Source: Fimbriosthenelais zetlandica
Lineage: Eukaryota
Assembly: GCA_977030845.1 (NCBI GenBank)
Contig: OZ365114.1
Coordinates: 15,500,001 to 15,564,000, forward strand
Direction: 5' to 3'
DNA: 64,000 nt
This document shows positions 54,273 through 64,000 of this stretch, in pieces. A program made the position numbers and the translations under genes. Numbering within the stretch: position 1 is the first letter of the stretch; the number at the start of each line of letters is the position of its first letter. Under the pieces are notes generated by a model. The model had not been told where the DNA came from. It worked only from the letters and a program-made list of their open reading frames with translations, and did no database searches.

Positions 54273-55639
54273 TATAATGTCTTTTGGAAAATAGATTATC
54301 TGTATTTCACAACTGCATACATTATTCTCTGCCATGTCGAATATAATACTTCCTTAAGTTTTCATTCTGATCCTATGTGTTTGGATGCAGTGTGATTTTA
54401 CATCGACACCCTGGTTGAGAAACTGACAGATTATTGACATGGTTGCTCTGAGCTTTCCAAAAGGAAAAGTCCAAAAGGAATCAAGGCATGCTATATGTAT
54501 AACATATACAATTTTTCTTCTGTGAATATGTAGGAGGATGTGAATGCATTTATATGAAACAGCTTCTCTTATTGCTGGTCGTAAAACTTGGTATATAGGA
54601 AAATGGCAAATGGCAGCTATAGTACCATTGTCCAAACACAGTTGTAATGTTTGTGACAACTGTTGGAGCGTTGAGTGTGTTTAGATTGTTATATGTGGCA
54701 TGTATTGTCCCTGGAGGATTGTCGCCCCATTAAGTGCACCTACCAGTCATGATCTGAAATGGCGCCACTTGCATTTTGTGAACTATATACTGTAACATAA
54801 TTCCCATCAGCACTCTCGTAGTAGCAGAACATGCGGGGCTGAGGTTTTACATTAATAATTTGGACTCAAAGGATTCATATGTCGGGTTCGGTAATACAAT
54901 AATAAAATAGAAAGCATTAATTTTGTTTTGGTGACATCTCGGGTCAGCAGATGTGAATCAGCAGGGTGGTGGATAATGCACTTTCATGAAAAAAATGGAG
55001 CTATATCCTTGTGCTCTTATCTCTGCCTGTTTTGCCAACTGAAAGGAAACTCCTCTCTCAGTTACTTGAACCATCAGAACCTCATGGTTTACTCCAGAGA
55101 TTTAATACGAGATTTTTTCAACCATCCTGAGGGCTTGAAATGCTAGAACCCATTAGAAACAGGATATGACAGAAGTGCAATAGATATAAAATAATCCTAT
55201 ACAAGTATCTAACCCTTTGCTTGGCTGTTTTTTCCCCTTCAAATCAAGGGAGAACGTGAAACATGTTTGTGGAAAAAGCCCGGAGATTAGGCAATCCTTC
55301 TCTGCATGTCCTTATTCATCATTACAATACTTGCTTTCTTTTATACGTAAAGTGTGTTCATTTTCCACAGATGTTTTTTTTAATTCAATCGTTTATAAGT
55401 GTTCATAATGTGCAAAAAAAACATTGCATCTCATAATATACATGTAAGGAAATGGGTTGAGTGTTGCTAAAATTGTGCACCGCTCTTCATAATCTAGAGC
55501 TAAGCGCTCCATCAACGACTACAAAGTCTACTAGGCCTACTAAGTAAAGTGCCAATAAAGGTTTTATTTGATGTATAACCTATGCTGACCTTTTTAAGTG
55601 GATGCATACTGCATAATAGGGTGTATTAATCCTATTGCC

Positions 55640-57800
55640 GTACTCAGTGCGACACAAATGGATCGCTTCCATTCAAGGCAACACTATTGAGGTTGAGCCA
55701 GTTACTTTGTGTAGCCATTGGATCTCTTCTAATAAGACCCTTAATATATCATTATTGGTCTATTTTCACGTTGCTGTTTTATTCTGGGGCCATGTAGTAA
55801 TTGATTACGTTTATCAATAAACATATTATAGAACTTTGTTGAGCGCCCGATACGTTATGAATGCATATGGAGATTCCAAAGAATGCGTTTCTTGTAAAGT
55901 ACAAGACATTCTGAAATTTTCATCCCACATTGCAAATCACAAGTGGCAAAAATTCCTTGGTGAGCGATTTAGAGAACAAGGCAGGGGAAGTGGGGAGCCA
56001 ATGCCTGTCGTCAAGTGAGAGCAGGCTAAGGACCATGAAATGAAAAATAATCTCCCAGAGCCCATAAATTGCTCGGTGAGGCATCAAACGCTGTGGAAGA
56101 TAATTGAAAAAAGCGTCACGCACATTAAAAGTGCAAAAAGTGTGAAAGCCTGTATAATGAGCGCTGAAGCATCGGATCAATATGCCTTGTTTTACTGGCC
56201 TGCCAAACGTACAATTAACCACCTCTCTAGCCAGTTGAACATTCAGCTGAGATGGAAACGATGTATGCGTGGAAAATTGAAGGAATATGGTGTCGAATTT
56301 AATACAGAAAGAAGGATAATAGAATCAATATGGATTTTAATTCACTGTAAAAGGTTGCAATAAAGATAAGGGTTCATATTTCAGGTCCATGCAATTAACC
56401 TATAACGTATTTATGCTAATTTTAAAAATATACAGTTGATTCTCCAGGGAGTTACTGACATCTCTGCCTGCCCTTTCAACCGTCATGCACTTTTCAGAAG
56501 ACCCAGTGGAGATTTTGAGAGGAAGGTGGTTGCCTGAATGGCAAGGCGCACTTTTAGATTGACAACCAATTGTTCTGGAACATTAGAAGCAGTATTTACA
56601 GGAAAAATAATTCCAGCGAGGTGCTTGACTATTGATTTATTTAATAGCACTGAGTAAAGACCCTGCCGATCCTGGAGAGAAAAGGGATTTATCTAAAACA
56701 ACACCTCTCAGCTGTCCTGCTGCTTGCTGTAATGAATATTGGGAGATTCTTAGCGGATTAATGAATCTCAATCCCTGTTTGATCCACTTTCCATCTCGTA
56801 TAAGATTAGCATAGATTTCCCACTCTAAGCTTTCCAATAGCTTAAGCCAATGTAAATACTCCATGCCGATACTGTGTCCATCCCACTGAGTCAACACCAT
56901 TGGAGAGCTTCTGCTTTCTCTATACCCCCTCTCATCCAAAATTCGACATAATTCAATTGTATTACCCAATACCGATGGGTCTTTTCTCATCCCATCCCAC
57001 CACTCTACCCTTAATCCCATTATTGTTCATAGCATCCATTGCTGGAAAATTAATGCCTTGAATTGCAAAGATTTAGTGTCAGATCATCTTTCTAGATGTA
57101 ATGATGAAATAAAGAAGAACAATTTGAGGCCGATTGCAAAAATGGAGCAAATATTCTGTAATTTATCCGTCACTTTAAAGAGTGGTTTTAAATTCGAGCT
57201 TTGGCCTGGGGAGAAAACCTTTTCCATGGCCTGATCCGCAACCAAGAACAACACCGCGAGGCATCGGAGCGTGCGCAGAAGTGTTTTAAATGTTGACAAG
57301 GCCTTGAATAACGTGTGACAACAGGGCAATATTTATTGTCACTAAAGCCTTTATGGGCTGGTAATAGGCAGATCAAAGGTGGCTAAAAGTGACAATGATT
57401 GCTGGACCAGCCCAGTCCCCAGCAACCAGATGAGTCACCCCTTCTTTATTGTGGTATACAGCGACCCAGTCACCGAGTTGCTCAACCGTGAGCAAAACGC
57501 TGGTAAAAGAACAAGACCCTGAACATTATTGCTGTGCCAATGCTTGAGCAAATCAACTCAACCACCCCCAACCCTCCAAAGCAACAACTACTATAACCAT
57601 TATCCTAGAGAAGTGCTTACCCCCAGAAAAAAAGTGTCACTAAACAATACTCCCTTGATGGCACTCTCTGTCATGATTACATTGTTTGCGGGCAATTTGT
57701 CAAAGTATCTTTTTTCTGATGGCAAAGTGGGTAGTTTTCCATTCATTTTTAACAAGGGACTGCATCAGGAAAATAATTTTATGGGGTGGAAATTTTGAAA
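55640..57800 (+). mobile_element. Decayed Ty3/Gypsy LTR retrotransposon pol relic (protease-RT-RNase H-integrase)
   Basis: By-eye motif matches fall in canonical order. Protease-like: WIASIQGNTIEVEPVTLCSHWISS. RT-like: HQTLWKII, TINHL and KLKEYGVEFNTER (55836-56363 is one frame with a single TGA). RNase H-like: IHFPSR, TIGELLL..KIRH, FLIPSHHSTL and SDHLSR. Integrase-like: QKCFKC, FFIVVYSD and TPRKKVSLNN. A possible polypurine tract GAGAGGGGAGA lies at 58292-58302. LTRs are not resolved. Confidence 0.55.
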
Positions 57801-60222
57801 CTGGTCGCATGCTGCTCTGTTGCTTAGTTTGATGCAGATTGCATTTCGGTTTTGAGGTGGCAAGCCACAGAGCCGATGTCAATGTCCCGTCGGGATGTTT
57901 AGGAAATCCACATGTTATTTTGGGCGACCAAGGATATGTTTAAACTTTTGTCATTATGTCTGTATATTTTGCATTGCTCAATTCCTCATATATTGACTAC
58001 TTCACTAACCTAGGAATGTCCAGGCAATTGGTATGACTTTCAATAAATCGGGTTTGTGTGTCAAAGGCTTCATAGAGAGCATTGCTGGCAGTGGGAAGAG
58101 GGATGTGAACTATTAGGCTTCATTATCAATCGGCTGGTCTTGATAGAGTCTCGGCCTTATTCGCCAGGAATCCGATTATCCTCCAATGACATAGGACAGA
58201 TTGTGCAATCACCATCATCTTTAATCACGTGACTCACGTGTCACCAAGGCAACCAACCACCATCTTTTAGTGTTCGTCCTCTCACTATTATGAGAGGGGA
58301 GATGGCTTCGGGGGTGTGAAATGACAAGGTAGTGATGTTAAATTCGTCACCTTTCCTCCCATCCTCCATACCCAAACCATGCTGATGCAACTACATGTCA
58401 TAAACACCCTAGATTTCCCATCCCCAGCTGTCATTGTCTCGTCTGGCTCTATTCCTCCACATCACACACATTTTTGGGTATTTCAAAATTGGTTTCGTAC
58501 ATTTTCGTTTCAGATGGTATGCCCCGAGCAAGTCTAACCTTAGCATTATTGGTGAGAGGCCAGAAAAGTTCAGGCAGTTGAGTCAAATATATGTCTAAAA
58601 GGTGGTGCGGGTAGTGGACATTGACACTCATTGCATTGACTTGTTATAGATGCCCAACAATAACATGGGCTGGAAGCACAACAAGCATTGCCTGCACTTA
58701 AGGGCAGCCAGTGCTCCCTACATAGTGGTCAGTGGAAGTAATTGTGGTGGACAGTCGTGGCTGACCCCAAGCCACGGCAATAGTTCCCCTCCAGGTCTAG
58801 TATCAACACATAGCTCACATTGTGTTGATATTCTCTAAACTGGAAATCGGATGTCCTAACCGCTATTAACTGACCAATGCTCCCTGAAACATTTGTCTGT
58901 AAATAGGGTGTTCAGGCCCCAGACCAAAGCAATCATGTGGACAGCCCAAGCAGAAAAATGAAAAGGGTGTCCGACCGGTTATATTTGAAGTTTGACCCAT
59001 GTAAGTTTCAGACTGGATCTTTGTTATAAGTGGGTCAATATAACCAGACCCCAAGAGTGGCCTTTCTGTTCAAGTCTTCTCCCATTGAATGAATAAATTC
59101 ACTGAGGGCGTTGACAAACGATCTGACCTGGATATTATTGTTCCTCTCATGTACACAATTGGACATAATCTGCAAGATAACACGGCAGAACAGATCCATG
59201 CTTAGAAAATTGACAAATGGATCTTGAGTTTTCGGTGTCTACAAGCAATCTGATTGATGTAATCAATTTTACCTTCACAAAAATCTGACGATTCATTTTC
59301 CGACTTGTAACATGAACCCAGGCCAATCGGTGTGAATTTTATATTCATCAATAGCACAAATAGAATCAAGGAAATCTTCGATACAATCTCCAAATAGTCT
59401 TCGGAGGTTGACGACTTTATTATCCAAGAATTCATCATGGTTGAGTGTGGTCGGGGGTGATTTTCAACTGAAGGTACTTATCTTCTTTAATTCATTGAAC
59501 AAACGGGGAGATTTCCCAGGAAAGCCTCCATTATTGACCTTTGAGTAGGATAAGATAGAGAGCTGCAGCTTTGGGAATAGGAGATGAATGTCCTTCACTG
59601 TTTGTTGCATTAATCAAAAGATAACACCCCCATTGCAAGTATTATAGGTTTTTTTTTCGTTTCGGCTATTTCTTTGTTGATTTAAAGATAATAGCTATCT
59701 CCTACTTCAAATCAATTTGGCTCCGTCAGACCTTTGGGGAATCTGAGTGAAGTGTTTCTAGTAGAAAAGCTGTTGTAGCCATATCTGTCACAGTTATAGG
59801 GCATCTTTTGGGAACATGATGTTCCCTTTATGTGTGATTTTTTTATGCAGGAAAATCACAAGGACACAAATTTTCCATTGGCAGAGGAAGAAAATGGGAA
59901 CAATAATCTCTCAGGCGAGGTTTTATGAGGCTGTGTCGTAATCCCAAGTGGTACCTTCCTTTCTCATTTCCCCCTTGGCTCTGTGCCATCAGTAAAGATA
60001 AGCATAGGCCCGACACAAACACCATCAAGTTCACGTACTCATGGACCAGCTGACACATAAAAACTTTAATGAATTTTTCCCAACCTTCCCACCGTGGAAC
60101 ACTTATGTAGCCTACTGAGGGGAGATACGGTGCAGAGAAGCTGCCATCATCACTCAGCGATGATACATGAACATTTTAGTCATTGAAATGGATTTAATAA
60201 AATTGTAAATTTCCACTTTCAG

Positions 60223-60345
60223 ATATTGACGAATGCGCCACTGGTCAACACTCATGTCCGTCCACTGCCACGTGTCAGAATACCGTAGGCAGCTACGTCT
60301 GTCAATGCGCCTACGGCTACTTTGGAGACCGAGGCACCTGCTTAA
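60223..60345 (+). CDS. Exon E: calcium-binding EGF domain (D)IDECATGQHSCPSTATCQNTVGSYVCQCAYGYFGDRGTCL
   Basis: Acceptor ttccactttcAG and donor A|gtaagt. 123 nt, phase 1-1. Has the DIDEC calcium-binding consensus and the C-x-N-x4-Y-x-C beta-hydroxylation motif. Splicing from exon D gives the canonical ...CTDIDEC... junction. Confidence 0.92.
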
Positions 60346-63049
60346 GTAAGTCACTACTTACATCATATATTTGATTCGTAACGATCCATAAAATAACCAA
60401 GATTAATTAAGTTAAAGGAAACTGTAAATGTCAAGTCTGTGCACAGTGAGAATCCAACAGCTAATTGGATTGTTTGTGGAATTTCACAATTGCGTCTTAT
60501 AGTTTTAGGTCTTCATATTACAACAGGTTTAATGTAAGTTCGACGGCATATCCAACAAAGGTTGCGTCTTCTTTTCAGTTAACAACAACTATAGTTATTT
60601 TCTGCCCTTGATGGGAATGCGAAGCGCATTATTTCTGTCTAAAACCATGCTAAAGCTTTGGGCCATTATTCATAGAAAAAATGGATATCATGATCATAAG
60701 GTCCAGTGGACCTGGCTTTTCTGATTTTTCTAATAACTTTCAGGAGATTAATGATGCTAGGTACAATGACCATAACCTTTTCCTACAGAAGAACAATTTT
60801 TCAGAGCCTATCTTTGTCCCGTTTCACAGCTACTTTTTAAATAACATTAGATCTATAGTGGGTTGGGAAACGTGTTACCACTTTTCTTCCAGAGATGCAT
60901 TTGTCCAAACCGCAAGGCTTGTCACTTCACATCATGAAATATTTTTCCTGGTCTCGCCACTCAATTGTGCGTGAGTGCGGCTTAAAGCTTGCTCCAAATC
61001 ACAGAGCTGTCACGAGCAGCTGATTCTCAAGATAGATTTGTCAGCAAACAGCCAGCGAAAATCCCTCTGAAACAGGGTAGTTTTTAACCTTTACCAATGC
61101 TCTGGGATCCCTGGTGTGAAGGAATGTTTGGTATAGGCCTACATCATGTCTCTCCTATGGCCCTTGATGCATCGAGTGACGTACGACATCTGTTTTCATC
61201 TCAGAGGCCGATAATTGGTACGGTATTGCAATTATGTTGGACCCATCGGAATATCTTTTTGGTATGCTTTAACGATACAAAATCTTTCATTTCCGAAGCT
61301 TATATACAATTCTACAAATACAGAGCTGTATTAAACTTAAAGTTCAGTTACTCCACTTGACTCGGGGTATTTAATTTGATGTTAGGATCGCAGTGTAGTT
61401 GTTGCAAGTCCTGAAATATCTCACTTGAAGTAATTACATTTTCTAATCTAACCTGAGGGTTGTAGACCAGAGAAGGTAAATAGGAAAGATTTTTTCCAAG
61501 GAACATGGCCTTACATCATGCCCTCAAGAGATAAGACATTGAAGCTTCCAAAAGCTTCATTGAATGTCCGGCTCATCACATCCTCCCACATGCACATCTA
61601 CATTGACAAATGCTGACACACCACTTCTAATTCCAGAACAACATAGCCTAGAGCAAGATCAGGTCTGGTTCAGATCAGTTCAGCCATCATACACATAATT
61701 GTCATTCGATTAAATATTCATGAAGTGAATTGTACCGTCCTTGATATGAAGCTTATTTGCCATTTCAGCATTTATTGGATGGACATATTCCAAGTTCTTG
61801 CCTCTGAATATTCCCTATATTGTGAACACAAGCATGCATCGTGCTTGCATGTGTATTAGATTGCTTTATACTATATAGTCCACATGTGGTCAATTCTCTT
61901 GCTATATATGCTTCTGTCTCTGTATCATGCTAAACGCAATGTGGCACAGAATATTGTGACCTGGGTTTTGGGTTGTGCTCGGGTATCATGGCCTGACCTG
62001 ATATGAGACCTTAGATCATGGCTGTCCACCCTGATAAAAGTAGATGTGACTGCCCTGATGTCACCTCACTAACCTTGGTCCAATGGCTGTTGACAGCCGA
62101 TTGGGAGAAATGATAACTGATTCTATGGTCCGTGCTACACGCCAGTGTATTGGATTCCATCACTACATGTATGCACCTTATAAAAAAGCTCAGCTGTACA
62201 GATGTTGTTTAAGGGAAGCGAGCTGGAATGAACGTGGGAAGTAGGAGGTGGTCTCATGCATGTTGTCAGTGTCTGAATAAGTGCATGGGATTACCATAAG
62301 TGTTGTGCATCTGGAAATGACAACATCCTGCTCGAGGTCATCCACGTCCATTGATTCCTATCCTGCCACATTTTATGTGTACCCCTAAACCATAAAGACA
62401 AAGCTAGGATAGTATGACATTTAGACATTGTTAGAACCTTAATATATTATCATGATGCACTTCTGAATCCCTAGTATCATGTAACTTGAATGATTGATCC
62501 TGGTCTTTATAGGTCGAATCTCTCCATTTCCGCCAATAGAGAGGATTAGGCATATATTCATCAGAGGGCGCCACTGGCAGTTTGAGTGACGTCATTAAAC
62601 CCCAGACCTCCAGATGTTTTTTTTTCAAATATCTTGTTGAATATTCAATATTTTCCCCCAAATGTATTTCAGGGTAAATTATTCAAGTTTTTTGTTCATA
62701 AATCACTACCTGATTCTAGTGTTTTTTCCATTTTAAAGATTTTGATTTTCAAGGTTAAATTGTCTTCGAGACTGTAGACTAGTATAGTGGCTAGATCCAA
62801 CAATAGACTACATCTCTCTCTGCTGACAGTAGGAATCTGGTCTTCCCCTAGTCGGCCTGACACCAGCCCCTGAGGTGTTGGCACATCTGTCTCTAGTAGA
62901 GAGAGGAAGCACCAGATCAGACAAATGGGGGGTTGGGGTAGAGAGGCGAGGTATAGAGGAGCAGAAGCAGGGTGAGAAAGAAAGGAGGAAGAAAAATTTG
63001 ACTGACAAAGAGTGAAAGTGATCTTAGTCCACTTCGGGAGATAAATCTG

Positions 63050-64000
63050 TGAGGTGATGCAGTAGGCGCACTGCCCCTTTCCACCATCTGTCATGTCATC
63101 TTTACTGAGGCAGCTGGAGGAACTAGGAGAACGCCAGTCAAGCCTTCTTCAGACAATCACCCACCGGAAGTCATCACCATGCAGGCGCATAGGTCATTGG
63201 AGAGGCCGAGACATCTGATGGTGATAACTGGAACAAATCACAGCCACATCTTTGTTCAGAAGTGGCATAGTGATCCTTTTGATCACCAAACAGATTGAGC
63301 AACAAGGTGGTTCATGCACTTTGTGGTGGGTGATGTACTCAATGGGATTGTCAGGGTACTTCATGTAAGCATTGAGCAACGATGCTGAGGAGAGGGTTGA
63401 CTAAACCTATAATAAAAACTGGGGATTATTTAACCATCTCATCCCATACTTTGACATAAGTTAGAATCCGACTTCTGAGTACATTTGTGGGACCTTATAT
63501 CCCACACACAGACTCTCCCAACTGTTACATACTATTAAGCAATGAAACCGAGAGTTTAGAAGCTCAGTCCCCTTGGCCTAATCAGAAGAGCGTGAAAGCT
63601 ATCAATTTAATCCAACCCCTTTAATTGAGATCTGGCCTGAAGGTCATGACCCCCTGAATGAGATGGCTCCCTTGGGGCACACTGATGAATGGCTTTGGAT
63701 TGAAAACCTTCTCATGTTTTGGCGATTTCCACCTCGGGGAGATGTATGATTTTTGGTGTGGGATCGGCTGATGCGGAGTTCTTTCCTCCAGAGTAAGTCA
63801 GGCAAGGGAGGCATCCATCATATCAAGTCTCCACAAGGGATCAAAAAACACAGTGGCTGGTCAGACTTCTCCTCCAAACCTTTCTCCTGTACACACCCAT
63901 GTCTGCGACCGAGGCAGTACGTCCCAGACCCATTCCACTTCAACATGGCTTTGAGTGCTCAAGCTCTTAAAGCTTGTGATTACTGATCCCAAGTCCCAAC
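63050..64000 (+). mobile_element. Possible decayed DIRS1-like RT/RNase H relic running off the window end
   Basis: Plus strand: QLEELG...KSSPCRRIGHW, EWLWIENL (cf. L.WW.ENL) and HFNMALSAQALKAC (cf. HIN.LEL.A...ALKAF). Weak by-eye similarity. Confidence 0.3.

Noticed and set aside
56016-56018. Single in-frame TGA joining two ORFs (possible selenocysteine or readthrough).
   Set aside because: The frame is better explained as decayed Gypsy RT, and I saw no SECIS evidence.
58801-58830. 10-bp perfect inverted repeat with a 10-nt loop (similar short hairpin at 17183-17200).
   Set aside because: Short enough to be chance, and prokaryotic terminator logic does not apply here.
1-64000. CRISPR arrays, rRNA, operons or bacterial/phage-like systems.
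   Set aside because: No regularly spaced direct repeats, rRNA signatures or dense long ORFs were seen; the longest listed ORF is 177 aa and low-complexity.

Overview
This is metazoan genomic DNA, AT-rich and repeat-rich. It is most likely from a marine invertebrate such as an echinoderm, which is my inference and cannot be proven from this window. It is not prokaryotic: I found no operons, CRISPR arrays, rRNA or credible tRNA. The one well-supported host gene is on the + strand. Five GT-AG exons (24563/24605-24676, 29027-29201, 31196-31288, 41158-41313, 60223-60345) splice in compatible phases (0, 1, 1, 1) into a 206-codon open frame that continues past the window. The frame encodes an N-terminal Pro6/ENVY tail, a hydrophobic segment, an EB/EGF-like module and a calcium-binding EGF domain, consistent with a probable type II membrane EGF-repeat protein. 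Introns and the upstream region hold an intact-ended 2.8-kb non-autonomous CACTA/EnSpm element. They also hold heavily decayed relics of Ty3/Gypsy, DIRS/Ngaro, Penelope-like, RTE, L1/Tx1 and CR1/L2 retroelements, small MITE-like hairpins and several promoter/enhancer-like motif clusters. Almost all ORFs in the supplied track look spurious or are parts of transposon relics. All transposon protein assignments are by-eye motif matches without database searches, and their boundaries are approximate.
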